From the NCBI GenBank assembly GCA_964016885.1, contig OZ024743.1:275466001-275530000 (forward strand): a stretch of 64,000 nt of DNA, in the 5' to 3' direction. The DNA comes from Eledone cirrhosa. Lineage: Eukaryota. Positions 14,191-29,576 of this stretch are shown piece after piece (positions within the stretch are counted from its first letter, which is position 1; the number at the start of each line of letters is the position of its first letter). Made by a program: the position numbers and the translations under genes. A model generated the notes under the pieces. It did no database searches, was not told the DNA's origin, and saw only the letters and a list, made by a program, of their open reading frames with translations.

Positions 14191-14327
14191 AATATGGTTT
14201 TATAAATATAGTTTCCATATATTTAATATCATTGAATATTATACTCCAGAAAACCTGTCGAGTGCTCTGAATCAGTTATAAACATTTATATTTGTTGATT
14301 ATCAACAAATTGAATATCCCTCCTGCT

Positions 14328-14411
<84 letters not shown>

Positions 14412-14646
14412 TATAGAGAAACACACAGATACATGCGGACACACACATATACATGAATATATCCACATCTATCCTTGAGTTAATGGTGTCAACCTTAACC
14501 GATGTTGCTCTATGAATAACTGGGACAAACCAATCCGAATGGATTAGACTGAACCAGTATCAGAGCTATAAAGTACATTATGAAGAGAGAAGAAACATTA
14601 GATATAATTAGTAATAAGATGTATCATACCCAAACTGCTTCTAAAT

Positions 14647-14736
14647 TCCTCGACTACGTAGTTTCGTGGCTTAATCAAAAACAATACATCACAGAGATAT
14701 AGAGTTTTTGTGAGGTCTGCCGACTTATCAAGAGGA
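14647..14736 (-). ncRNA. Type I hammerhead motif, U3-A8 variant (inverted twin of 14855-14944)
   Basis: Left arm of the ~14572-15019 fold-back. Confidence 0.75.
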
Positions 14737-14854
14737 TACCTCATTAAGGGTTTCAAAAACACGTCTGTAAGATGCGAGATAGAATCCCAAAAGGCGGAGG
14801 GGGGGGGGGTCAATCACGTGATACAGACGTGTTTTTGAAACCCTTAATGAGGTA

Positions 14855-14944
14855 TCCTCTTGATAAGTCGGCAGACCTCACAAAAACTCTATATCTCTGT
14901 GATGTATTGTTTTTGATTATGCCACGAAACTACGTAGTCGAGGA
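14855..14944 (+). ncRNA. Type I hammerhead motif, U3-A8 variant
   Basis: tcctc-TTGATAA-GTcGGCA...TGCCAC-GAAA-CTACGTAG(palindrome)-TC-gagga. Confidence 0.8.
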
Positions 14945-15014
14945 ATTTAGAAGCAGTTTAGGTATGATACATCTTATTACTAATTATATCTAATGTTTCT
15001 TCTCTCTTCATAAT

Positions 15015-15108
<94 letters not shown>

Positions 15109-15524
15109 AAAGTATGTCCATAGAATCATTTGATAAAATATATACATCATTTCCTCTCCCAATCAACATAATCAACCATACAAAAAAAAAAACAATTAAA
15201 CAAGGCTATAAGATTAAAAGGCACCTATGAAGAAATAATAGATAAATAAACGACAGCTATCTATCCGCGATCAACAGTTATAGAATATTTACCCAGCATT
15301 TCTAATAGCACGTGGAAATCGATGAAATATCTCGTCAACCATACACAATTAGGTATAAAATCAAAGTTAGAAGAAAAAATGTATATAAACATACCAAAAT
15401 GATGTTTCTACCCCATCTGGTTTCATTCGCTTTTTGGAAATATCCGATCAAGGATAAATTCACGAGTTTCGAAATCATCAGGAAACAAACTCACTTGGAC
15501 GAAGATTTTTCTTAAATGATCCCC

Positions 15525-15589
<65 letters not shown>

Positions 15590-15956
15590 TGTTTAGTTAA
15601 TTTCTACGGGCTAAGAGGAAAGACTGGGTAAATTTTATCTGACTGAAACTTATAGCGCCATTTATTTAGTTGATTTCTACCGACTAGGGTGAAGAAAGAT
15701 TGGGTATATTTTATCTAACTGTTCTTCAAACTTGCAATTTTATATATAGCTCTGATTAATAATTATTTGCTTAATTAAGTTTTTCATTGAGCCACACCGT
15801 GAAAGGTAGCCACACTCATATATGTATCTGTGACTATGTCTAAATATATACATATATCCCTATGAATTTATTATATGTGTGTGGGGGGGGGGGGATATCT
15901 GTATATGAAAGATCAAGGAAAATAATACTTAATCTATTGCAAGAAAACTTATTTAG

Positions 15957-16035
15957 TATAAATAATGTTTCATACACTTAACACATACGTGCGACCATTT
16001 GTCGCACGTATGTGTTAAGTGTATGAAACATTATT

Positions 16036-16039
<4 letters not shown>
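15957..16039. repeat. Perfect 39-bp inverted repeat with 5-nt loop
   Basis: TATAAATAATGTTTC...GTGCGAC cattt GTCGCAC...GAAACATTATTTATA. Confidence 0.95.
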
Positions 16040-16111
<72 letters not shown>

Positions 16112-17013
16112 TAAAAAGTTATTTGTCTTTAATATTTCAAAATTCCCCAATGAAAAGATAAAATATCACCTCTTCTGAGGTAGAATTTTATGTACCAAAT
16201 TCACCCGATCCACCCGCTTCGTCCGTTCACTTCATCTCTCGGCATCTCTGTCTGTAAACTTATATTATATTGTGTCTAATCCTTTCTCGTCCAGAACTGG
16301 ACCCCACTTTAATCAACATTATCAGCAATATACTGATGTCATATGTTGCTGATATTGTTACAGTTATTGTTGTTGCTGCCGTTGTTGAGATTGTTGTTAT
16401 TACAGTTGTTGTTGTTGTTGTTGATTAAGTCCAGTTCTGTTCTGATGTAACAGACCTATGATCAAAGCTGTGGTGTGGGGTGGGGTGAGTGTATGTGTGC
16501 GTGTATGGGAGAGTGTGTGTGTGTGTGCGGAGGGGGGGGGGGGGTATGGGTGTGTGTGTTTTGTAAAGTACATATAATGGATGTGGGATTACATTATCCA
16601 ATTTATCCTCCTTTTTGATGTGATTTGTGAGACATTTAGTTGCTCATTCTAGCAGATTTATCGACGATGCTGGCTTGTGACAGCCTGATTCTTTTGTTTG
16701 TTTCTTTCTTTTGAAACCGCTTAGCCAGAGAGGGAAAAGTCAACGTTTACAACTTTTGAGGGCCTCCGAGACTGATGAGCTGAAGACAGGAAGTTATCCT
16801 TAAACTAGAGACTTGACCCGAAAACATTTCTGTTTCGCCTTGCAACATCTCTCTCAGAGGCCATGATGTCCCCAGACGGAGACATGGATTAAATAAAACA
16901 GCATATCTGTGGATCATAATTACCATAACCACCATCTATCTAAATCACAAGATAAAGGTCGACGTGTGTATATATGTATTGTTAATACAGACAACGGCCA
17001 TCGCTACCACAAT

Positions 17014-17370
<357 letters not shown>

Positions 17371-18284
17371 CAAAAAACAATAGCAACAACAAAAATAAAA
17401 CAAAAGATGGTACCTCTACATCAGCGGTTCCCAGCTTGAAGTCCATTAGTTAAATTCAAAATTTCAAGTACATTGTTATAAACATAATACACACACACTC
17501 TGTTGTGTATCCATTCTCATATTGCGGAGGAGCGAAAAATAGCCAAATATCGAGGTATGACCGACCTCTTCCTTTTCGTGTCAGTCACCATTAAGACCTC
17601 GGTGTTCTCGGGTTCCCGGGTTGCAGTTTCCTCTGCTAAATCTGGAGGAGGAGCGCATCAACCGAGGAAGGAGCAGCGGAATTTAACTGCTATTTTTAAC
17701 AAGAAATGTGACGGTGTGGAACTGTGCTTTTCAATATTTTGCCTTACAAGGATCCCTTTTATTTAAATGAAGTTTCCTACGGATTCCTACTACAATTACT
17801 CCACTCCCGTTTTGCGAGAATAAGAATCGGAGATAAATGCCTATACTTAGAAAATAATCAGGAAGAGAGAAACTTTTACACAATGAGAAAAAGGGGCTGG
17901 AGAAAGGAGGAGAAGACACTAGGCGGAATATCTCAGCTACACCCTGCGGACTAGTTGGCGAATAACAGACAGCGACACCTGCCACAACAGCCACTCCACT
18001 GTCTTATGAAAACCAAAACAGAAAGAGACACCTGTGTTGTCCTTAATATACAAAAAGATGGGCTGACTACCGTTGGGATACCTTCGACCAAAAGCCAGCT
18101 CAGTTAGGAGTAACCCGGGACCAGCAACAACTACAACTAACAAACAGAAACAATAATTCACAAATCAATTAATTAGGCTGATTTAATTGGTGCAAAACAG
18201 ATGGAACTATTTTTAAAACAGATGGGTTAATCACGGATGGAATGCCTTTGATTATGGATTTGTTCAATCAGGATTGACCAGGAG

Positions 18285-18428
18285 CTTTTACTCATTTTCA
18301 GCTGAATATACTGGAGCAACGTGAAAAATAAATGTTTTACTCAAGCACAATGCACTACCCGGTCCAGGAATCGAACCCACAACATTATGATTACTAATCT
18401 TGTACCCCTAACCACTAATCCACACCCC
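18285..18428 (-). mobile_element. tRNA-derived SINE with CORE-like centre
   Basis: Minus strand: TGGATTAGTGG A-box, GGTTCGATTCC B-box, then TTGTGCTTGAGTAAAACA. Confidence 0.65.
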
Positions 18429-18961
18429 ATTTAATAACATATACATTATTATGTAGAGAAAAGCTTATTTAATAATCAGATTAGATATTATATAAGAGAA
18501 AGTATGTTTTATGACATATATATTATCATGTAGTGGGAGGGAAATACAGTCAATAAACACATCAACTAAAGTATATTGACATAAGTGACACAATACAAAT
18601 CAATATTGATTTTTAGGCCATCACAAGTTTTAAACGTTAAAGACTCAATAGAAACTGCAGTCCAAGTTATCTCTGTGAATCTAGGTGCACATTATCCAAC
18701 GTTTACCTCCCCTTTCATGCGGTAGGTTGGTTGCAGTCTGAGAGAGATGTAGTGGCTATCTTATACAGATCGAGCGACCGCATAAAACTTTCTCGTTGGT
18801 TGCTTATGGGTTGTTGTTGACGTTGTTGTTGTTGTTTTAGCCCCAAGTCAGCCTTCATTGAGCAAATATATGATCCAATGGCATTCCAACCGTGGCGATC
18901 GAATATAGGCATATATATATGTGAATATACATATACATATATATGTGAATGTATATATATA

Positions 18962-19305
18962 CAGTTGTCCCTCGGTATTCGCGGGAGTTACTTTCCTATA
19001 CCACCCAGGAAGAGTGAAAAACCGCGAATATTGGACGAGGTTAATAAAAAATGCCTAAAAACGTCAAAATATAACGTAAAATATATGCGAAGGGGCGTCC
19101 AATAGGCTGGCAAATACGAAATACGGTATATTTTTATTAATGATTTAGCGTTAAAAAATATATAAATTGCCACGAAAAAAGCCATAAAGTATCGTGGAAG
19201 ATATTTACGATTCCGCGTATATGTGGTGGTTTCCACGAACAATTTAGATAGGTTCTAAGGAAAATCTCGCGAATAACCGGAACTGCGAACGCCGGGGGTA
19301 CACTG
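18962..19305. mobile_element. Tc1/mariner-pogo-type MITE
   Basis: TA-flanked CAGTTGTCCCTCGG...CCGGGGGTACACTG imperfect TIRs. Confidence 0.7.
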
Positions 19306-19533
19306 TATATATATATTGGTATTAAACGTTAGTTATAGCTCTGGTTTATCCAAACTATTGAGCACTTTGCCACACATTTCGAAGATTGTGTTTCGTTATT
19401 TCGTGGGCCGAAGTTCCGATTCTCGATAATTTATTTGTATATATATATATATATATATATACATTATGAAGAGAGAAGAAACATTTAGAAATAATTAGTA
19501 ATAAAATGTATCATACCTAAACTGTTCCTAGAT

Positions 19534-19623
19534 TCCTCGACTACGTAGTTTCGTGGCATAAACAAAAACAATATAGCATAAAGATATAGAGCCCTTGCGA
19601 GGTCTGCCGGCTTATCAAGAGGA
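19534..19623 (-). ncRNA. Type I hammerhead motif, U3-A8 variant (family of 14855-14944)
   Basis: Core, stem I and CTACGTAG stem III unchanged while the stem II interior has diverged. Confidence 0.78.
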
Positions 19624-20212
19624 TACCTCATTTTACTAGCTTCAAGAACGCGTCTATATGACGTGAGAAAGAATCCCAAAAGGCGGAGGGGGAGATATTC
19701 ACGTGATACGACGGTCGAGAAACAGAGCTAAGCCTCTTATAACCCCGAAGAAAATACCACGGAGGCGGAGGGGGTATTTATATCGAAGCCGTAGAAGAGG
19801 TGGGGTGAAGGAGGCGAGAAGTATGAGTAATGGCAGCTTTCCAGCAGTCACCACACTTCAAAGGTTACTCGACCAGAGGGAGTTATGAACAATATATTTA
19901 GAAACACACAGATACATGCGGACACACACATATACATGAATGCATCCACACCCAACCGTGAGTTAATTGTGCCAACCTTACCGATGTATATATATATATA
20001 TATATATATACAAATAAATTATCGAGAATCGGAACTTCGGCCCACGAAATAACGAAACACAGTCTTCGAAATGTGTGGCAAAGTGCTCAATAGTTTGGAT
20101 AAACCAGAGCTATAACTAACGTTTAATACCAACACACTGAGACGATGCTTAAACAATCATTTGCACAGCCGAAAACACGACCAAGAAAATTCGGGTCAGA
20201 CAAATAAAAATA

Positions 20213-20273
<61 letters not shown>

Positions 20274-20512
20274 TATTGTTATACTTTGGGAGGGTCATGT
20301 TGCCAATAAGTTAAGGACAAAATTAAAACACACATAGAACACACAACCAGCCAGTAACATGTAAATAAACAAATAAATAAACAAGTAAATTCAAACAAAT
20401 AAAAACACACACAGACACCCGGATGTAACACATGCGCAAACTAAGCACACAAAAACAAGATGGCGTAGGACAGAACAAAGGAGAGGCACAAAACAAAGAA
20501 AAGAATCCCCAC

Positions 20513-20553
20513 TCACTGACGAGCTCACAGAATGTGTGACGAAAGAACTTTAA
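20513..20553 (+). ncRNA. Degenerate hammerhead-like motif
   Basis: CTGACGA-GcTCACA..TGTGAC-GAAA-gaac-TT; stem I poorly paired. Confidence 0.5.
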
Positions 20554-20736
20554 CAATATATGAACAACCGTCCGGTTGTGGAACCAACCAACCAACCAAC
20601 CGGAAATTTATAATAAATTGAAGTGAAACATCTGGTGCGTGTGTTTCTTATTGACAACATGACCCTCCCAAAGTATAACTATATCGGTTTCAACGCACGT
20701 TTTCAGATAAAGAATCTTGCTAAACAAATTCAGAAA

Positions 20737-20800
<64 letters not shown>

Positions 20801-20909
20801 AGCACATAGAAACAATCCATTAAAGCTGACATGTGTTGACAAGGAAACGACGGTGAGTGGTGGGACAGTGGGAGGGAGGTGGAGAGGTGATATATATATA
20901 TATATATTT

Positions 20910-20941
<32 letters not shown>

Positions 20942-21099
20942 AGAGTGACTTTCAAAACAAATAAACAAAAACTAAATTAGAGATGATAGTGATATAATTA
21001 TGCTCCCCCCCCCTCCCACCTCTACCCACCTCACATTTTCTCTTCTTTTTCACCTCTCCTTCACTTCCTGACACATTTAAATATATTACTGCTTCAGGA

Positions 21100-21440
21100 A
21101 CATCATCATCATTATCATCATCGTCATCATCATCATCGTCATCATCATCGTCATCATTATCATCATCATCGTCGTCATCGTCATCATTAATATCACGATC
21201 AGCGTCGTCATCACCATCATCATCATCACCGTCGTCATCACCATCATCATCATCATCATTATCACCATCATCACCGTCGTCATCATCACCATCATCATCA
21301 TCATCATTATCACCATCATCACCGTCGTCATCATCACCATCATCATCATCATCATTATCACCATCATCACCGTCGTCATCATCATCATCATTATCATCAC
21401 CACCAACGTCGTCATCATCATCATCGTCGTCATCATTAAT
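21100..21440. repeat. (CAT/CGT)n trinucleotide array with internal higher-order repeats
   Basis: Direct reading; source of the poly-D and poly-M ORFs. Confidence 0.95.
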
Positions 21441-22028
21441 ATCACGATCCAATGGCTAAAAGTATCAGAGATAGGAAACGGGAGGGGGAGTAGGAGAGAT
21501 AGAGATAAATAGATGGAGGGAGAGAGAAAGAGAGGAAGAGAGAGAGAAAGAGAGAGAAGATGAAGAAATGAGGTGGGGGGGGGGTAGAAGAAGAGAAAGA
21601 GAAGAGGAGGGTGAGTGGAGGAGGAAGAGCAGGAGAGACAGATCGATATATTATATTACTGAAGATGCAGAAGAGTGAAGGCATGTCTAGGATGTAGGGT
21701 TAACGATTGTATGATAATGGCTTCTTTGGCTTGTATCCTTCAGCAAGACATTTCAATTCACGTTACTCCAGTTCACTCAGCTGGGAGTTATCCTTGCTAC
21801 GGACTGACGTCCCATCTTGGGGAAAAACCTTGTATATCATTCGCTTAAGATTAATAGAACTGGGATAAGTTCCAGCCTGGTAAGTCTTTGGGCTTGGTAC
21901 AGACTTTAACTTGAAAAATATCTGAAATCTGGGACAAGAGTCTGTCATCATTAGGCTCGAGTCGACCCAGGCTTGTAACAGGAACAGAGTAAAGTGTAAC
22001 TACTTGGAATATAGACTGTCAGATATAC

Positions 22029-22554
22029 CAGCGGTCGCCAACCTTTCGGACATCACGGACTACTAAATTCATAATTTTAAATCCCACAGACCACTAGTAT
22101 GAATTTTTTTAAAAAGATAAATACATTTGTAAAATAACTGTTTCTATTTTTGGCACAAGGCCAGCAATTATTCCAGTACATTACTGGTACTTTATTTTAT
22201 CGACCCCCGTAAGGATGAAAGGTAAAGTTAACCTCGGCGGGATTTGAACTCAGACCGTAAAGGGCCGTAACTATGCTGCAAATCATGGAGTCCGACTCTA
22301 CCGATACTGCCAATCCATTTTATTAAACAATATTGAAGCGTACGTGTGTCATATTGTCGATAGATGATACATATGTGTAACATTCTTTCGTGGATGTTCT
22401 TTACTGAGGAGAAACATTTTTTAGCGGGGTTATAAAATATATTCTAACCAAATATTTTGTTTTATTATTAATAAAACATAAAAATTGCAAATAATGTCCA
22501 ATTTTTCTGCGGACCACCGAAATTTTGTCTCGGACCACCGGTTGGCGACTGCTG
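22029..22554. mobile_element. hAT-like MITE containing a nested SINE (22137-22317, minus)
   Basis: TIR CAGCGGTCGCCAACC...GGTTGGCGACTGCTG. Confidence 0.75.
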
Positions 22555-22855
22555 AAATAGATTGTGCCTCACATTGTATGCCACGCTGATCCTACTTGAG
22601 AGTAATGTCATCGGTACACGTGTTTGTGGAATACTCGGCGACATACAAGTGTATTAAACGAGTAAACCGTCCCGCTGATCGAACAACTGGAACATTCCTC
22701 GTTGACACTGACGAAGGTCCATTTATTATTATTTATATGTATATGGTTGCTAAAAGTAGTGGTGGAAAATTCACCACTTTTAAAATTCAAAGCGTGGCTA
22801 CAAAAATGTTTATATACATGAACATTTCGTATATGATTCAATATACAACCCCTAA

Positions 22856-23015
<160 letters not shown>

Positions 23016-23354
23016 CATTTGTGTAGGCGCGTGGCCTTGATCATAATGTCGTGGGTTGCTCCAGTACACTCAGCTGAAATGAGTACCAGTAATCGCTGGT
23101 GGATTAATCCTCCGAAAGACTGGCGTCCTGTCCAGACGGGAGTCTTGTACTCTTAGCCACACAACAGCAAGAAAACTGTGATATGCACCGACCTAATGAG
23201 CTTCCAAGCTCGAGACCGACTTTAGAGGTTTTTTTTTTTTTTTGAGACTATGAGATCTATTTGCATTTGTTTTGCAAGATTCTTGATGTGAAATCCTATG
23301 CTGAAACATATTATATTTATCTGTTGAGTTTAACATCAGTTTCATTATCAGTCA

Positions 23355-23860
23355 TATCACAGATTACCATCTAGTTATCTACAAATTGAGACTACCTAAA
23401 GCCAAAGAAGGCCATAAAACTGACAGGTCCAGGTCGACCTACAGGATAAAGTGGGAAGTGTTGGTGGATAAGGAAGTCAGGAGCAGGTATGCAGATACTA
23501 TTGCATCCAAATTCAGAGAAGTCCCTAGCAAACTGATGACGTTGAAACAGAGTGGAGATTGTTCGGTTCAGCAGTTTCTGCTTCAGCTGTTAAATGCTGC
23601 AGGCGAAAGAAGCTCGGTGTTGCGCTGGATGGCAGAAGGACCCCTTCGTTCAATTATGAGTTCAAAGAAGGAGGCCTACACATCTTGGCTTGGAAATAAG
23701 TCCTCCTTCATGCACTTGCGATTCAAGTAGGCACGAAGAATCGTAGCAAAGACAGTAAAGGCGCCCAAAGTTAAGACATGGGGAGGACTTTGGGGTTAAT
23801 CTGGAATCCGACTTCAGATCTGCAAATAAAGTGTTCTGGCAGGCCATCCACCAACTTAGT
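23355..23860 (+). pseudogene. RTE-clade LINE ORF fragment (EN-RT linker), frameshifted
   Basis: DYHLVIYKLR..RIKWEVL..; KTWEDFGVNLESDFRSANKVFWQAI. Confidence 0.65.
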
Positions 23861-23919
23861 TTATTTATATTCGTTGCAATATATATTTCGGTGATAACCA
23901 TAATTCAATAGTTATGACC

Positions 23920-24585
23920 CCATCAGGCAGAACTTGGACAAAACTATCTGGTTCTCTCCCCCTTCTCACTCAACGTTAAAACCAATGTAGGCAAACAATT
24001 TCTAGCTCTCTTAGATAGACACTTTCCCATAGGTCATAAACTACCGCTCCATCTTTAACCGACACAAAGTAAAACTAGGATACTCCTGCGCTAAGAACAT
24101 GAAGGCCCACATCACCAACAGCCTTAAGAGCAACACCCCACCAGGGTGCTCTTGCCGTAAGCCCGAAGCTTGACCCCTTCAACAGCAATGCAACACACCC
24201 CGCTGTAGTTTATGAAGCTGTGGTCATTTCCAACCGACCAAATCAACCACAGGAGGTCAAATCCTATGTGGGTATGGCGGAGGGCCAATTTAAGGAACGC
24301 TTCCTGAACCACCAATCGACCTTTAGTTATTCGGACACGAAACTCGCGAGCCACGTATAGTCCCTCAAGGACTCAAGTATAGACTACTCCATTCAATGGA
24401 AAGCCATCACTAAACCCAAGCCATACGCAAGGGGCAATCCGTCGGGTGGACTATGTATTGATGAACGAATATATATTCTAAAGAGATTACGCAATAGTGA
24501 TTGCTTAAACGCGAGGAATGAATTCTTCACACGTTGTCCACATGTCTGGAAACACCTCTTACATAACTACAAAGCTCCGGATTGA
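23920..24585 (+). pseudogene. Penelope-like element ORF 3' end: RT thumb, Cys linker and GIY-YIG endonuclease (frameshifts, stops)
   Basis: [44 protein letters not shown]....*PL...C..VVYEAVV..YVGMAEGQFKERFLNH..LCIDER..LNARNEFFTRCPH. Confidence 0.85.
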
Positions 24586-24745
24586 ATTACAACATCCTAA
24601 TTTTCTTATCAACCAGAAACTTTTCGGACTTTCGCAGTTATCTCCCTTACACCTCTCGCACGCAATTTAGTATTGTCTGTGTGAAGTGATCGTTTCTGCG
24701 CATGCGCGTTCGAACGGTTGTCCTTCCTGTTCCGTATAACCATGT

Positions 24746-24795
24746 CCATTACGAGCTGAGGATCCGCTAAGGTGAAACAATTGTTCTCGGCATGG
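24746..24795 (+). ncRNA. Type I hammerhead motif in the Penelope-like 3' pLTR
   Basis: ccat..cgag-CTGAGGA-tCCgctaaGGt-GAAA-CAATTG-TT-ctcg..atgg; ~170 nt after the ORF stop and ~25 nt before (TA)n. Confidence 0.8.
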
Positions 24796-24829
24796 TGAAC
24801 TAACTGTTGTGTAACCACTTATATATATA

Positions 24830-24954
<125 letters not shown>

Positions 24955-25098
24955 CGGAAAAGTGATTGGCCCCGTCATCTTCATTGTACCCTCAGCTGAT
25001 CGATATCGAAACAATTGTAATATACCAATAAAGTTTGTACACACGCTGCAACTCTGACTTCGATCCTACTTAATCCACATACACACACGCGCGTGAGG

Positions 25099-25190
<92 letters not shown>

Positions 25191-25653
25191 CACTAATAAA
25201 CCTGACCCGCTATACAGGCACACACCGACGCAAAACTTACGCCCAACCACCAAAACCCGAACTCACCCAACCCAGAACTCGAAATCACTTATTAATCTCA
25301 TCGAAACTCAATCTCATTTATCGAACCGATAAAGACGAAACGAAATGAAGTGAAGCTACATGCTCAGCATTTTAATATCCAAGTGTACATATCTATAAGC
25401 TAACAATAAACAATACGAAACTAGTGTACACACACTAACTGTTATAGCGGACTTAATGTTGTAGAGTGAAATAGAGAAAATAAATAAAACTGAGTTACAG
25501 TAATTCTTGAATACGAATAACTGGTTTCATCTGGCAAATTTAAAAAAAAGTGCTTCTCTCTCTCACTCCCTCCCTCGCTCTTTCACTCTCTCTCACTCAC
25601 TCTCCCTCTTTTACTCACTCTCGTTCTTTATCAAATACACACACGCACACACG

Positions 25654-25815
<162 letters not shown>

Positions 25816-26140
25816 ATGTACAAAGTTGAATTTTCGGCTTTTGAAGCGCTTAGAATATAATACTTGCCTTAACACAAGACCAGATTTTCTAATCTGCTGT
25901 CCACTCGCTATAAAGTATCTATTACGTAACTGGAAAGACTCGGGAATGAACTAACTCAAACCAAAATGTTCTCCCTCGCAACAGTCCAATTTGAGTTGTC
26001 TCCCTTGTCACCAAGCTATCATCATCTGCCGCGCAGAATCCAGTCAACTCATATATACGTCCGTTCTCACCGCAGCCATACACGGGTTGACCTGTGAAAC
26101 GCACGTCGTCGAGTATAGTTTGCTAATTTGTTGTGAAACT

Positions 26141-26252
<112 letters not shown>

Positions 26253-26427
26253 TAAGTGTGGCCGAAACACGAGTCCGGGAACTATTATAGGCACCCGCTT
26301 TACGTGTGTTGTATTGAAGCGAATAACTATGTGTATATTCTGGTAATGTATCCTAAATTACCTATTGGAGTACGCTGAGATGCAACAGGTCCTGGCATTG
26401 ATAAATATGCTGGGTCCGTCAACTCCT

Positions 26428-26470
<43 letters not shown>

Positions 26471-26690
26471 CCCCTCCCTTCTCTCTCTCACTCTCTGTCT
26501 GTATCTCTCTCTCTCTCTCAGAAACATATATCTGGGGTGGGTTGGTTATAGTGTCTGTCCGTCTGTCTATGTATATGTGTGCTACGGTCGTTAATCTTCA
26601 CTAATCACAGTGTAAACAATCAGCTAAATAATTAAGTGCGCCATCTGGCTTTATTTCTTGTCCACTGACCAACGGACATATATAGCTGAT

Positions 26691-26736
<46 letters not shown>

Positions 26737-26801
26737 AGAGGGGGAGAGAATGAAATAGAAAAGATGGAGAAAGGAGAGACGGAATTACTTCATTCACACA
26801 G

Positions 26802-26878
<77 letters not shown>

Positions 26879-28329
26879 GGGAGAGAGATGGGGGAGTGGG
26901 TGAGAGAGAGTGAAGAGAGGACAGAATTGATAGAAGAGAGATAGAGATAGAGATTGATAAAGAGAAAAAGGAAAAGAGAAGCGAAAAGGAAAGAGATGGG
27001 GTGAGAGTTTGATAGATGGGCTGTTTTTCTTTTCTTGTCCGGTCATGTGAATTAATTACAGACTTCGGTAATTTTCAATTAATTGGTTATCAAAGTTGTG
27101 AAGTGTACACACAACAGGCTTTTTAACCTCTTGCTACTTAACTATATTGGTTGTTAGTCATTCATTGTTCTATCACATTGACTAACACCAGCGTAGTAGT
27201 TTCTGGTTTCTAGGCAGAGGCAAACGAACTGAGGAATGTATATTCCGCTATCTGGTATTCATCTATTGTCACAGAAAATATTGATTAAATCAACTTCCCA
27301 GGAACTTTTCTGTGTGTGAACCAGCAACTTGGTTTATGAGACAAAGGTAATTTATTTTTTACTTCACGTTGTTCCAGTCTACCACCTGTAATTTAAAGGG
27401 CCAGCATTGTCAAACACTGTGTCGTGACACTGAATTTCCCCTGAGAACCACGCTAAGGGTGCACGTGTTTGTAGAATGCTCAGCCACTCGGCACGTTAAT
27501 TTTAACGGAGGTCCAACACACACACACACGCACGCATACAAATCTATATGATTGCTAATTTCATTATTCATATGCAGACCCTATATCAAGAGCCGACACA
27601 CTAATAAAATTATTAAGCCTACATTACGCAGTCCTTACTGAACCACGCCTAAATCATGTGACAAGTCATAACACCATACTATCATCACCTATCCACCACT
27701 TTGGCTATTTCCACAACGCTGCCTTGTAGCAAAGACGCTTAGCGATTTCTTTATTGATCACAAGAAATTATTACTTATTAAATCTAATTGTACAAATTTG
27801 TAAAAAAAAAAATAAGATAAAAATAAAAACTGTGCTCCTTTAAGGTTCAATAATGTAACACACTGAGGTCAGCGCAATACGCAGCTGCCTGATTGGCCTG
27901 GTGGAGCCGACCCTGAGTACATCCGGTTTGGGATAAATACACCCTATCATTACGTGTCGCAAATGGCAACTAAAAGGGTCGGCGTCAGGAAAGGCCTCCG
28001 AATGTAAAACCTACCCTGAAAAATGACCCCATGCCATGGGGTAAGCAAGGCTATTGCCTGGTATAAGGGAGTGAATGGCATTAAGGGGCTTGTTGTTGGA
28101 TTATTCCCATGCACTCTCACCTGAAATGTTACCGCAGTAGATCAGCGGAAATGATAGAGTATCGGATGAGATGCCTTGTGGTATTTGTTACGTCACTGAG
28201 TTCTGACTTCAAATCTTGCCAAAGGTGAAATTAGTCTTTCACACTTTCGGTGTCAATAAAATAATGTACCTGGCCAGATGGGTAGATTGAGGAAACGTTA
28301 GAGCATCGAATTAAAGGACACATGATTGT

Positions 28330-29260
28330 CACACACCACCACCAATTACATGTCACACACCACCACAGGTTACATGTCACACCACCAAAGGTTACATGTC
28401 ACACACCACCACCAGTTACATATCACACCACCACCACCAGTTACATATCACACCACCTCTAGTTACATGTCACACACCACCACCACCAGTTACATGTCAC
28501 ACCACCACCACCAGTAACATGTCACACCACCACCACCACCAGTTACATGTCACACCACCACCAGTTACATGTCACACCACCACCACCACCAGTTATATGT
28601 CACACCACCACCACCGCCAGTTACATGTCACAACACCACCACCACCAGTTACATGTCACACCACCACCACCACCAGTTACATGTCACACCACCACCACCA
28701 CCAGTTACATGTCCCACCACCAGTTATATATCACACCAGCACCACCACCACCAGTTGCATATCACACCACCACCAACACCACCAACACCACCAGTTACAT
28801 ATCACACCACCACCACCAGTTACATGTCACACCACCACCACCAGTTACATGTCACACCGTCACCACCACCACCAGTTGCATATCACACCACCACCACCAC
28901 CACTTACATGTCACACCACCACCACCACCAGTTACATGTCACACCACCACCACCACCAGTTACATGTCACACCACCACCAGTTACATGTCACACCACCAC
29001 CACTTACATGTCACACCACCACCACCACCACCACCAGTTACATGTCACACCACCACCACCTCCACTTACATGTCACACCACCACCACCACCAGTTACATG
29101 TCACACCACCACCACCACCACCTCCACTTACATGTCACACCACCACCACCACCACCAGTTACATGTCACACCACCACTACCACCTCCACTTACATGTCAC
29201 ACCACCACCACCACCAGTTACATGTCACACCACCACCACCACCTCCACTTACATGTCACT
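28330..29260. repeat. Minisatellite AGTTACATGTCAC(ACC)n with variable ACC number
   Basis: Direct reading; His/Pro/Thr ORFs in all three frames are artefacts. Confidence 0.95.
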
Positions 29261-29503
29261 TCATCTTCAGGGTATCCAGCCTTAGTTCTATGAAAAATCA
29301 AGTTATGTGTATTGTTGTCTAGCTTAACACTAGACTTTATAACTATGGTGGGGGGTGGGGGGGTGAAGAGAAAGCGGAGATTGTGAAATGTGATGGCCGA
29401 GTGAGGGAGAATGAGAGAAAGATTAGTGATGAAGGATCAATGTAACAGAGAGAAAGAGGGAGAGAGGGGAGAGGAAGAGAGACAGAAAGAGAGAGAGAGA
29501 GGG

Positions 29504-29576
<73 letters not shown>

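Noticed and set aside
15455-15490. Minus-strand CTGATGAtttcGAAA
   Set aside because: No stem II and no valid UH cleavage site
16765-16840. CTGATGA...GAAA hammerhead-like pattern
   Set aside because: Stems I and II do not pair convincingly
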